Assembly: GCA_016190145.1 (NCBI GenBank)
Contig: JACPRD010000003.1
Location: 17,617-81,616, forward strand
Length of the DNA: 64,000 bases
Source of the DNA: Planctomycetota bacterium
Lineage (GTDB): Bacteria > Planctomycetota > MHYJ01 > WSZJ01
Reading direction: 5' to 3'
Position 1 is the first letter of the stretch; each line of letters opens with the position of its first letter. Both the position numbers and the translations under genes were made by a program. A model generated the notes under the pieces. It had not been told where the DNA came from. It did no database searches and was given only the letters and a program-made list of their open reading frames with translations. Shown here piece by piece: positions 55,367 to 63,951 of this stretch.

Positions 55367-55678
55367 ATGAACACCGTGAGCCACGCGCAGGAACTCTGCT
55401 CTCCGGGGGAAGACGTCCGGAAGTCCCGGGACCGGGTCCGCCACCGTCTCTACCTCGCCTCCTTCCTCCTCGCCCTCTTCGTCCCGCTGATCCCCCACAT
55501 GTGCCGCAGCCTGCACGCCGAGTTCCTGGTCGCCTCGGCGCCGGCCGCCGCCATTTCGTGGATTCTCTTCGCCGGGCGGAGCGAATCGAAGCTCCTCGAT
55601 CGCATCGTGGTGATCTTCGTAGTCACGTTCACGACGATGATCCTCGTCTGGAATCTTGCGGACGTGCTCCCGTGGTGA
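55367..55678 (+). CDS. Small membrane protein (103 aa, ~3 TM helices)
   Basis: An SD (ggaggga) lies 3 nt upstream of the ATG. The helices are LYLASFLLALFVPLI, FLVASAPAAAISWILFA and IVVIFVVTFTTMILVW. Confidence 0.55.
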   Translation: MNTVSHAQELCSPGEDVRKSRDRVRHRLYLASFLLALFVPLIPHMCRSLHAEFLVASAPAAAISWILFAGRSESKLLDRIVVIFVVTFTTMILVWNLADVLPW

Positions 55679-55795
55679 GTCCGGCGTGCCGGTTCGCGCG
55701 AAACGAGAAACGAAGCACGAGGAACTTGGAACGAAACACCGCTTCGGAGCGCCCTCCTCCCGCACCGCCGCCCGGCCCCCGCGTCCCCCCCCTCC

Positions 55796-56737
55796 CTACG
55801 ACACCGCCACCGCATCCGCCAGCCCGTGGCTCACCGCGAGCTTGGGCGTGAGCGACCGGAGTTTGAGAATCTCCTTCTCGACTTGCGTCGCGGTGCGTCC
55901 CGTCGCGCTCGCGACCGCCTGCACGACGCGCGGCGAAGCGATCGAGGTGGTGCGCCCGTCGCCGGCCATGGGCGAGCCCGGGACGGAAAGGAGCGCGGAG
56001 CGCGCGAGCGTGCGGTAGCCCTTGGTGCCGGCGGCGAGCACGATCGAGGAAATCCCCAGCGCCTGCCGCGGGCAGTGCGTGCGCACGCGGCACGTGGCCT
56101 TGAGCATCACGTCGATGAGCGACAGGCCCGCCGTGATCGAGCCGCCGGGCGAGTCCACCGTCATCACGACGTCGGCGTCGGCCTTCATCGCCTGCACGAA
56201 AATCAGCCACGTCGCGGCCTGCAGCGCGAGGCGCTCGTCCAGCTCGCCCGCGAGGTGGAACAGGCGCATGTCGCCGGATTTGGGAAGTGTGATGCGGACT
56301 TCGGGGGGCGCGGGAGCGGTGAAGTTCTTGAGGAAGCGGCGGGTCGCGCTGACGAAGCTGGCGAGGGTGCCGGTCGCGCGGTCGGCGTAGGAGCGCGTCT
56401 TCTTTTCGACGGGCGCGGGAGGCGGAGGAGGCGGCTCCCTCTTCACCTCGGGTTCCCGCGTCGTCCGCGACGTCACCTGCGGCGCGCGCGACTTCCGCTT
56501 CTTCTCCGTCCGTCGGGTGCCCGTTTCCTCGCGGCGGGTGGGCGCCGTGGGAGGATCCGCGACCGCGGCGCCGGGCGCGTCGGCGGGCTGGAGGTTGGCG
56601 AGGTGCGAAGCGGGGACGGTTCCGTCGTCGGGCGCGGGGGTCTGATCCCCCGCGACAGCTTCGCCCGCGGCGTCCGCGAGGCGCTTTCGCTCGCGGGCGC
56701 GCTCCCTCCTCTCGTGCTTTGCTCCCTTCCCGCTCAT
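55796..56737 (-). CDS. ClpP-family (CLP_protease fold) protein with ~150-aa basic/Pro-rich N-terminal extension; catalytic triad not recognisable
   Basis: VVMTVDSPGGSITAGLSLIDVM...HCPRQALGISSIVLAAGTKGYR aligns by eye with ClpP (INSPGGSVTAG...GQAASMGAFLLAAG). The Ser and His positions read G and V. The ATG overlaps the upstream stop (ATGA). Confidence 0.75.
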   Translation of the reverse strand: MSGKGAKHERRERARERKRLADAAGEAVAGDQTPAPDDGTVPASHLANLQPADAPGAAVADPPTAPTRREETGTRRTEKKRKSRAPQVTSRTTREPEVKREPPPPPPAPVEKKTRSYADRATGTLASFVSATRRFLKNFTAPAPPEVRITLPKSGDMRLFHLAGELDERLALQAATWLIFVQAMKADADVVMTVDSPGGSITAGLSLIDVMLKATCRVRTHCPRQALGISSIVLAAGTKGYRTLARSALLSVPGSPMAGDGRTTSIASPRVVQAVASATGRTATQVEKEILKLRSLTPKLAVSHGLADAVAVS

Positions 56738-57987
56738 TTCCGCGCGGGCGCCGCGCAGATTTTTTCGATCTCGGCGTCCTCGAGCATGCGGTTGGAGGCT
56801 TTGGCGGCCTGGAAGATGCGGTCGACGAGGTCGTCGGTGGCGGGAATGCGGCGTTTTTCGAGCCAGAAGAGGACGTTGGAGCGGCCGGACATGGGGCCGA
56901 CGCGGATGTGCTGTTCGCGGCCGAATTCGGTGGCGGGGACGCCGGAGTAGATGCGGTCGGCGAGCCAGCGGTCTCCTTTTTTCAGCGCCTTGATGACGGC
57001 GGCGGCGTGGACGCCGGTGCCCGTTTCGAACGCGTCCTGGCCCACGAGCGGGTAGTTGTGCGGGATTGGAACGTGGCACGCGTCGCCGACCGCGCGGCAG
57101 TAGTCGCCGACGGCGGTGAGATCGCGGTGGATGTAACCGTAGAGGTAGAGATTGCAGAGGATCAGCTCCATCGGCGTGTTGCCCGCGCGCTCGCCGATGC
57201 CGAGCGCCGCGCCGTGGACCCGGTTCACGCCGGCCTCGACCGCCGCCATGGTGTTGGCGATATCGAGCCCGCGGTCCTTGTGGCCGTGCCAGTCGATCCT
57301 GACCTTCGCGCCCGTCTTCTCGACCACGCCCCTCATGAACTCCACGAGCCGCCGCACCCCGGCGGGCGTCGCGTGCCCCACCGTGTCGCACAGGCAAACG
57401 CGCCGCGCGCCGCAGTCGATCGCCGCCGTGTAGAGCGTCCGAAGCGTCTCGGGATGCGCGCGCGTCGTGTCCTCCGTCACGTACATGACCGGAAGCCCGT
57501 GCTTCACCGCGAACGTCACCGCCTTCTTCGAATGGTCGAGCATCTTTTCGAGCGTCCAGTCCTCCGCGTACTGCCGGATCGGGCTCGACCCGATGAACAG
57601 CGCCGCCTCGATCGGCAGCCCCGCTTTCTGCGAAACCTCCACCATCGGCGTGATGTCGCTCTCGACCGTCCGCCCCGCGCAGTTCGCGCCGATCTTCATC
57701 CTCCGCTGCACGATTTCCTGCGCGAGCGCCAGCGCGTCCTCCGCGTGCTTCGGCCCCGCCCCCGGCAGCCCGATGTCCAGCGCGTCGATCCCCAGCCGCT
57801 CCATCAGGTGGAGAATCGCGAGCTTCTCCTCCTTCGTCGGCGTCACCACGCTCGGGTTCTGCAGGCCGTCGCGCAGCGTTTCGTCGTCCAGCTCGACGTG
57901 GCGGTCCTGCATCGGCCGGCCCGCCGTCGGCTCGTCGAGATTCCAGTCGTAGATCAGGTCCTTCTCTTCCGGGTGCGGTGTCGTCAT
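56734..57987 (-). CDS. HMGL-like aldolase: 2-isopropylmalate synthase / homocitrate synthase family (short form)
   Basis: Motifs seen: DETLRDGLQ, LDIGLPGAGP, CDTVGHATP, IDWHGHKDRGLDIANTMAAVEAG, GIGERAGNTPMEL. Confidence 0.9.
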   Translation of the reverse strand: MTTPHPEEKDLIYDWNLDEPTAGRPMQDRHVELDDETLRDGLQNPSVVTPTKEEKLAILHLMERLGIDALDIGLPGAGPKHAEDALALAQEIVQRRMKIGANCAGRTVESDITPMVEVSQKAGLPIEAALFIGSSPIRQYAEDWTLEKMLDHSKKAVTFAVKHGLPVMYVTEDTTRAHPETLRTLYTAAIDCGARRVCLCDTVGHATPAGVRRLVEFMRGVVEKTGAKVRIDWHGHKDRGLDIANTMAAVEAGVNRVHGAALGIGERAGNTPMELILCNLYLYGYIHRDLTAVGDYCRAVGDACHVPIPHNYPLVGQDAFETGTGVHAAAVIKALKKGDRWLADRIYSGVPATEFGREQHIRVGPMSGRSNVLFWLEKRRIPATDDLVDRIFQAAKASNRMLEDAEIEKICAAPARK

Positions 57988-59291
57988 CGGGGTGGCCTTT
58001 CCTCCTGCACGGCCCGCTCGACGCGCGCCAGTCGCTCCGCGATCTCTCGTTCGCAGGAGTCGATCCAGACGGAGTCGAGGGGAGTGGTGGTCTCTTCAAG
58101 GATACGCGAAGCGTAGGTCGCGAAGAGCGAGCGGCTTCTGCCCGAACCGGGGGGCGAGTCGGCGAGGAGGGCGCGGCCGGCGAGGGCGAGCTCCATGTAG
58201 GCCGTGGCGGGGGCGGCGCGGCCGGCGATGAAGAGGGCGTCGACGAGGTCGGCCTCCTGGCGGTTGGCCCAGGACTCCCAGTCGAGGGAGCCGAAGCCGG
58301 GCTTCTTCCCCAGCCATGCCGAGTGCCAGGCACGGAGCGCGAGCGGCGCGTGGCGGAGGGCGAGGAGGGCGCTGAGGGCTTCGTCCGCGGAGGGAGCGGG
58401 GGTGCCGAGGGCGGATTCGAGATCCCGCAGGGCGAGCGTGGCGCGGCGGGAGAGCGATTCGCGCGCGGGGTCGGGCGTCGGGCGCTCGGCGGGAGGGACG
58501 GCCATGCGGGCGGCGAACTGGTCCGACTGCGCGGAGAGCGTCTCGAGCACGCCGGCGAGCGAACTCCGGAGCGCCGGCATCGTCTCGACGATGGCGTGCG
58601 CGGGACGGCGGGCGTTGCGCGGCTCGAGAAGTGCCAGCCGGGCGCGCCACGCGTCCAGAGATTCCGTCCACCCCGCGTCCCCCTTCGGCGCCCGGCGGTA
58701 GAGGGTCCAGAGGCTCTCGAGGTCTGCGGCGAGGCGGCGCGCGGTCGCGCAGTCTTCCTCGAGTTCGAGCTTCGCGCGCCTGCGCTGAAGCGGAAAATCG
58801 GCGGGGTTGCCCCAGGGGATCTGGGCTTCGGCGCGTGCGACGGGGAGATTCCGGGCCCTCAGCTGGACGGTCTGGCGTGCGGGGTCGAAGGTCACGCGGG
58901 CGCGGTAGACGCCTGCGAACTGACCGGTGACGGTGAAGGGTTCGGTTTCGATGAGGGACGGTGGGACTTTCCCGCCTTCCGGATCCACGGCATCCGGTAT
59001 GGCGCGCGCGCGGCGGAAGCCGAGGGAGACGGGGGTTCCTTCGGTGAGGCCGACGACGGGGAGATCGAAGCCGCCGGGGATGCGCTGGGCGCGGCGTTCG
59101 ACGCGGAGGGGAACGAAGAGAAACTCGACGTGGATGAGGGGGTCGCGGAGGAGGTCGCGGGGGAGGTCGGCGGTGCCCGCGAGGTGCAGCCTGAGGTTGC
59201 CGCCGGCGGGCTCGATCTGAAGCGTGGGGTTGAGCGTCTCGGCGCAGGCAGAGGCGGCGGCGAGGGAAAACAGGAGGGCGGGCAGCCTCAT
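57984..59291 (-). CDS. Hypothetical exported protein, first gene of a 3-gene overlapping operon
   Basis: It has a signal peptide (MRLPALLFSLAAASACA) and a 4-nt overlap with the downstream synthase gene. I recognise no family. Confidence 0.7.
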   Translation of the reverse strand: MRLPALLFSLAAASACAETLNPTLQIEPAGGNLRLHLAGTADLPRDLLRDPLIHVEFLFVPLRVERRAQRIPGGFDLPVVGLTEGTPVSLGFRRARAIPDAVDPEGGKVPPSLIETEPFTVTGQFAGVYRARVTFDPARQTVQLRARNLPVARAEAQIPWGNPADFPLQRRRAKLELEEDCATARRLAADLESLWTLYRRAPKGDAGWTESLDAWRARLALLEPRNARRPAHAIVETMPALRSSLAGVLETLSAQSDQFAARMAVPPAERPTPDPARESLSRRATLALRDLESALGTPAPSADEALSALLALRHAPLALRAWHSAWLGKKPGFGSLDWESWANRQEADLVDALFIAGRAAPATAYMELALAGRALLADSPPGSGRSRSLFATYASRILEETTTPLDSVWIDSCEREIAERLARVERAVQEERPPR

Positions 59292-59394
59292 GGGACCGCT
59301 CAGTGTAGCGCGAGACCGGACGATTGTTGCCGGATTTTGAACGGGTGTTCGCCCGCCGACCCCTCGCTGCTCCTCACAGTGCTAATATGCGTTC

Positions 59395-60492
59395 TTGCCA
59401 CGCGGAATCCTCGTCACCGACGGATACTGGCGCAAGACCCTCGCCGCCGTGCGTGCCCTGGGACGCGCGGGGGAACTCGTCGTGGTCGGCGAAAGGACCC
59501 ACTTCTCCCCCGCCCTCTTCTCCCGCCACGCGCGCGCCGTGGTCTACCCTTCCCCCGAATCCCGCCCGGAGGAGTTCGCGCGCTGGCTGCGCGAGGGACC
59601 GGGGCGGTTCGGGTGCGACGTGGTGATGCCGATGGAGGAGGACACGCTGCTGTTCGCGCTCGACAGGCGCGCGGAGATACCGGCGGCGCTGCCGTTCGCG
59701 TCGGCCGGGCTCGTGAGGCGCGCGGGGGACAAGGCCTGGACGCTCGCGCGCGCGGCGGAGTGCGGCGTGCCGGTGCCGCGCACGTGGACGGAGCCGGCGG
59801 CGGCGGAGGGAAACGGGCCGTTCGTGGTGAAGCCGGGGCGCGGAAGCGGCTCCCGGGGGCTGCGGCACACGGACCGGGCGGGGCTGGCGGCGGCGTGGCG
59901 GCCGGGGTGCCTCGTGCAGGAGAAAGTGGAGGGCGAAGGCTGGGGTGTTTCGGTCCTGATGGGGGCGGGCGGCGCGGTGCTCGGAATGTTCACGCACCGG
60001 CGGCTGCGCGAGTATCCGACGACCGGCGGGCCGTCGACGCTGCGCGAGTCGGCGCGCGACCGGGCCCTCGAGGAAGCCGCGGTGCGGCTGCTCCGGCACA
60101 TCGGCTGGACGGGAGTCGCGATGGTCGAATTCAAGAAGCGCCCGGACGGCTTCCACCTGATGGAGATCAACCCGCGGTTCTGGGGCTCGCTCGCGCTCGC
60201 GGTCGAGGCCGGCGTGAATTTCCCCGTGCTGCTCGCGCGGTGGGCGCGCGGGGAGGAATTCGCGCCGGTGACCGACTGGCGGACCGGCGTGCGCGCCCGC
60301 GTCTTCTTCCCCGGCGAGGTCATGCACTTTCTCAGAAACCCCGACCGCGGAAAAATGGATCCGCCGCTCCTCGACTTCGCGCCACGCGACGATTACTTCC
60401 GCCGCGACGACCCCGCGCCCGGAGCGGGCCTCGTGCTGAGCGTGCTCACCGGACTGTTCCACCGGGAGTGGCGCAAGTTCCTGAGAAGTTGA
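59395..60492 (+). CDS. ATP-grasp domain protein
   Basis: Motifs seen: PFVVKPGRGSGSRGL, CLVQEKVEGEGWGV, GWTGVAMVEFKKRPDGFHLMEINPRFWGSLALA. The TTG start comes from the ORF track. Confidence 0.85.
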   Translation: MPRGILVTDGYWRKTLAAVRALGRAGELVVVGERTHFSPALFSRHARAVVYPSPESRPEEFARWLREGPGRFGCDVVMPMEEDTLLFALDRRAEIPAALPFASAGLVRRAGDKAWTLARAAECGVPVPRTWTEPAAAEGNGPFVVKPGRGSGSRGLRHTDRAGLAAAWRPGCLVQEKVEGEGWGVSVLMGAGGAVLGMFTHRRLREYPTTGGPSTLRESARDRALEEAAVRLLRHIGWTGVAMVEFKKRPDGFHLMEINPRFWGSLALAVEAGVNFPVLLARWARGEEFAPVTDWRTGVRARVFFPGEVMHFLRNPDRGKMDPPLLDFAPRDDYFRRDDPAPGAGLVLSVLTGLFHREWRKFLRS

Positions 60493-60553
60493 AGCGGGCT
60501 TCTGGCGGGCGGACCGCGCGGTTAACCTATGGGAACAGCTTCCGAGGAACCCG

Positions 60554-62857
60554 ATGACCGAAGACCTCCCCGCCGATCCCGAGGACGCGCGCGACGAAGG
60601 ACGCGAGGCGCTTCTCAAGGAAGTCGCCGTTCCCGCTCCGAAAAGGAAGCGGAGGTGGATCCTGCGCCTCGCCCTGGCGCTGCCGCCGCTGCTCGCGCTG
60701 CTCGTGTTCCTGCTGCCCACGATCCTGTCGATGGGCTGGGTGACGCGGAAGATCGAGGCGGCCGCGGGGGAGAAGCTCGCGCGCCGGGTGACGCTGGAGA
60801 GCCATTCGGTCGGCTGGTGGGCGCCGGTCACGTGCGAGAAACTCGTCGTCTACGAGAAGGACGGCACGACGCCGTTCCTCAGGATCGACAAGGTGGTGGC
60901 GAAGCTCCCGTTGAAGCCCCTGCTGGACCGGAATGTCGAGCTGGAGTCGCTGGAGATCACGGGGGTCGAAGCGCGGATCGTGCGGCGCCGGGACGGAAGC
61001 CTGAGCACGGACGACCTGGGCGAGCAGCCCGCGCCGCCGCCGTCGACCGAGCCGGCGCCCGCACCCGCCCCACAGCCCGCCCCGGCTCCGGAAGGCGGGA
61101 GATTCCGGATGGGCCGTGTCGCCATGCGCGAGGTGAGCGTGCGATTCGTCGACGAGACGACCGGCCGGACCGCGACGGCGACGGGCCTTACGCTCGACGC
61201 GAAGCCGGGCGCGACGCCGGACGAGATCGTCGCCGAGGTGAAATCGAAGATCGACGTCTCCGGCGCGGCGACCGGCACGCTCGAAGCGCAGGCGACGCTG
61301 CTCGCGCTCGACGCGGGACGGCCGCGCGCGGAGATCACGGGAAACGGCTCGCTGAAATTCGGCGGCCTGGACCTCGCGGCGGTCGCGAACGCGCTTCAGC
61401 CGGAGCCCGGAAGGGAGTTTCGCACGGGGGCGTGCGAGGGGACGGTGGCGTTCCGGCTGGACAAAGGCGGCGATCGGACGATCACCGTCGACGCGCGCCT
61501 GCCCGGAGTGGTGTGGGGCGACGCGGGTCAGCCGGCGACGCTTCAGTCGCCCGTCACGGTCCACCAGGCGCTCGCGCTCCGGAACGCCGGCCGCCGGATC
61601 GACATCAGGGAAATGAAGATCACGCTCGCGGGCGCCGACCTGCAGGTGCAGGGATCGATCGACTTGCCCGCCGACGACGGCGACACCGACAATCCCGTGG
61701 ATCTCGTCGCGCGCTTCGACGGGGAGACGTCGCATTTCGACGAGCTGTTCCCCGCTTCCGTGGGGGGCCAGATCCACAAAGGCCCGCTCCGCTCGACCTG
61801 GAACATCCGCGGGAAGAACACGGACCGGCTCGCGATCGACGGCGTGGCGGAGGTGACGAGCTACGTGTTCACGACGGTAGACGAGGCGGGGAAGGAATCG
61901 CACTACAAGGTGCCGCACCCGGGGTTCCTGAAGTTCGAGGCGCACGGGGAGGTTGACCTGAAGCGCCGGGAGCTGCGCGCGGCCGAGACGGGGCGGGCGT
62001 GGGCGTCGCTGGACGGGATTTCGCTCGATCTCGAGATGCGGGCGCCCTGGATCCAGTCGGCGGAGGTCGACCTGAAGCAGATCTGGATGCAGCTGTCGGT
62101 GCGCGAGCAGGTGACAGACATCCGGACGCTGGAGTTCATCCTGAACGACGGCGAGGTGCGGACGAGCGGGCGGGTGCTGTTCGACGCGGAGGATCCCGCG
62201 TGGACGATCGCGAACCGGGGGACGCACGTCGCGTACTCGTACGTGTTCTCGAAGATCCTCGGCCTCCTGAACCCGGCGCTCTACGCCACCGAGCGCGGGC
62301 AGATCGAGGCGGATCTGGGCTGGGAGATCGACCTCGCGGGACGGGGATTCGATATGGAGAGAGCGAAGAAAACGCTGACCGGGCGGGGCAAGCTCGCGCT
62401 CGAGCGCGGGACGATCTCGGGAAGCCCGATGCTGGGCGAGCTGTTCAAACAGCTCCGCATCGGCGAGGCCGCGAAATACGAATTCGACGGGATGGCGCAG
62501 GAGTTCAGGATCGCCGAGCAGAAGGTGCACAACGAGTGGTCGAAATGGCAGGGGGCGGGCAAGGAAGCGGACCTCACGATCGCGGGATGGACCGACTTCG
62601 AAGGAAACATGCAGCAGCGGATCACGGTCGAAGGCGATCCGACGACGCGCTGGGGAAAGACGACGGGAACGGTCGTCGACGTTCTGAACAAGGCGGGGGG
62701 ACTTCCGCTCGGCGGAACCGTGGACTCGCCGAAGATCGACATCGATTACGAAAAGGCCCTCAAGGGCGCGATCGGCGGCATCATCGAGGACCCGAAGCTG
62801 CAGGAGAAGGGCAGGAGCCTGCTGGAGGATCTCTTCGGGAAGAAAAAGAAGAAGTAG
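60554..62857 (+). CDS. AsmA-like / DUF748-like envelope protein (N-terminal TM anchor, long beta-rich region)
   Basis: The TM is WILRLALALPPLLALLVFLLPTIL. It is followed by VTLESHSVGWW...LESLEITGVEARIVRRRDGS, typical of AsmA-family N-termini. The tail is Lys-rich. Confidence 0.7.
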   Translation: MTEDLPADPEDARDEGREALLKEVAVPAPKRKRRWILRLALALPPLLALLVFLLPTILSMGWVTRKIEAAAGEKLARRVTLESHSVGWWAPVTCEKLVVYEKDGTTPFLRIDKVVAKLPLKPLLDRNVELESLEITGVEARIVRRRDGSLSTDDLGEQPAPPPSTEPAPAPAPQPAPAPEGGRFRMGRVAMREVSVRFVDETTGRTATATGLTLDAKPGATPDEIVAEVKSKIDVSGAATGTLEAQATLLALDAGRPRAEITGNGSLKFGGLDLAAVANALQPEPGREFRTGACEGTVAFRLDKGGDRTITVDARLPGVVWGDAGQPATLQSPVTVHQALALRNAGRRIDIREMKITLAGADLQVQGSIDLPADDGDTDNPVDLVARFDGETSHFDELFPASVGGQIHKGPLRSTWNIRGKNTDRLAIDGVAEVTSYVFTTVDEAGKESHYKVPHPGFLKFEAHGEVDLKRRELRAAETGRAWASLDGISLDLEMRAPWIQSAEVDLKQIWMQLSVREQVTDIRTLEFILNDGEVRTSGRVLFDAEDPAWTIANRGTHVAYSYVFSKILGLLNPALYATERGQIEADLGWEIDLAGRGFDMERAKKTLTGRGKLALERGTISGSPMLGELFKQLRIGEAAKYEFDGMAQEFRIAEQKVHNEWSKWQGAGKEADLTIAGWTDFEGNMQQRITVEGDPTTRWGKTTGTVVDVLNKAGGLPLGGTVDSPKIDIDYEKALKGAIGGIIEDPKLQEKGRSLLEDLFGKKKKK

Positions 62858-62863
62858 AGGGCC

Positions 62864-63520
62864 TTACCTGTCCGTTTCGCCCTCTTCGCTCTCTTCCCCT
62901 TCTTTCTCCCCGACCCCGTCGACCTGCGCCGGAGGTTTCGGCGGCGCGATCATGCGGCTCTCGTGCGGCGGGACGATCGTGGGACCACCGCAGCGCGAGG
63001 TCGGGCACTTGCCGGACTTCACGCACATCGTCGCGATTCCGGCCCAGAGCAGGACGGCGAGCAGCGCCTGTCCGACGCCGATCGCCACGCCGGCGCGGGC
63101 GAGCCCGGCGCCCGCCGCGGGCGCCTGTCCGGTGCGGATGCGGCGGAGCGCGCCGCAGGAAACCGCGGCGCCGATCAGGCCGAACGGAATCCACGTGATG
63201 GGCCCGAGAACCGTGACGACGCCGAACACGAGCGAGGACAGCGAGATCACGAACCCGCCCACCGCGCCCCCCGAACATGGATTGCAGGCGCGGGCCGGCG
63301 ACGCCGGCGTGACCGCGACGGGAACCGGCTCCGGCCCCTTCCCCTGCGCGCGCGCCTCCACCACCGGCACGGCCGGCGCGTCCACGAGCGTCGCCTGCGG
63401 CACCGGACCGGCGGGAGCGAACACGACCCGCTGACACGATGGGCAGCGGACTCGCTTTCCGGCGAGGTCTTCGGAAACCTGAAGTTGACGGCCGCACGGG
63501 CAGGGGAACTGGAGAGCCAT
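62864..63520 (-). CDS. Zinc-ribbon membrane protein (DUF4190-like TM hairpins)
   Basis: The N-terminus is MALQFPCPCGRQLQV...VRCPSCQRVVFAP. Four hydrophobic helices follow (VGGFVISLSSLVFGVVTVLG, IPFGLIGAAVSCGAL, AGVAIGVGQALLAVLLWAGIA). The tail is acidic. Confidence 0.75.
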   Translation of the reverse strand: MALQFPCPCGRQLQVSEDLAGKRVRCPSCQRVVFAPAGPVPQATLVDAPAVPVVEARAQGKGPEPVPVAVTPASPARACNPCSGGAVGGFVISLSSLVFGVVTVLGPITWIPFGLIGAAVSCGALRRIRTGQAPAAGAGLARAGVAIGVGQALLAVLLWAGIATMCVKSGKCPTSRCGGPTIVPPHESRMIAPPKPPAQVDGVGEKEGEESEEGETDR

Positions 63521-63567
63521 GGCGTGTACTCCTCGTTCGGGGGTCGACGGATTATATCAGGCCGAGC

Positions 63568-63951
63568 CTACCTCGGATCATCCGGCGTGATGCGCCAGAA
63601 CGTCTCGTGATGATGCGGACAGCGGATCGTCGACGAGTTGCCTTCGCATCGGTAGACGTACGCCAGTCCGGACGGACAGGTGAACGCACCGTCGGCGGCG
63701 GAAACCGCGGCCACCGCGGGCGGCATGGCCCCGTCGTGCGCCCGCTGCCACTCGTCAATGGACTCCGCGGCGGCGCGCAGACGCCCTTCGCAGGTGAACG
63801 CCGCGTACCGCACCCCGTTCTGCCGCGCGGGGTCGCGCCACCCCCTCCGCGGAGACGAAGGCGCGTTGCTCACGACCATGAGGGCCCCGAGCCCCGCCAG
63901 GCCCGCGAGAATCGCGAAGAGCACGAGGATGCTCCCGCCCGAAGAGCGCAC
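63568..63951 (-). CDS. Hypothetical membrane-anchored Cys/His-containing protein (N-terminus may extend beyond window)
   Basis: The TM is ILVLFAILAGLAGLGALMVV. The soluble part has FTCEG, FTCPSG, YRCEG and RCPHHH. The reading frame stays open toward the window end. Confidence 0.5.
   Translation of the reverse strand: MRSSGGSILVLFAILAGLAGLGALMVVSNAPSSPRRGWRDPARQNGVRYAAFTCEGRLRAAAESIDEWQRAHDGAMPPAVAAVSAADGAFTCPSGLAYVYRCEGNSSTIRCPHHHETFWRITPDDPR

Noticed and set aside
55701-55740. An A-rich quasi-tandem heptamer run (gaaacga gaaacga agcacga ggaac...) in the convergent spacer after the small membrane protein.
   Set aside because: It has only two perfect copies followed by degenerate ones. That is too short to call a repeat feature or a binding-site array.
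55796-58333. An 845-aa minus-strand ORF that would fuse the ClpP-like region to a long N-terminal extension.
   Set aside because: The part upstream of 56737 overlaps, out of frame, the well-supported isopropylmalate-synthase-like gene (56734..57987) and is Arg/Pro-rich. An internal ATG at 56737 forms an ATGA overlap with that gene's stop. I therefore trimmed the ORF to 55796..56737.
59383-59397. A TAATAT box 7 nt upstream of the TTG start of the ATP-grasp gene, suggesting a leaderless transcript.
   Set aside because: There is no matching -35 element, and leaderless translation normally needs AUG. This is too speculative without transcription-start data.
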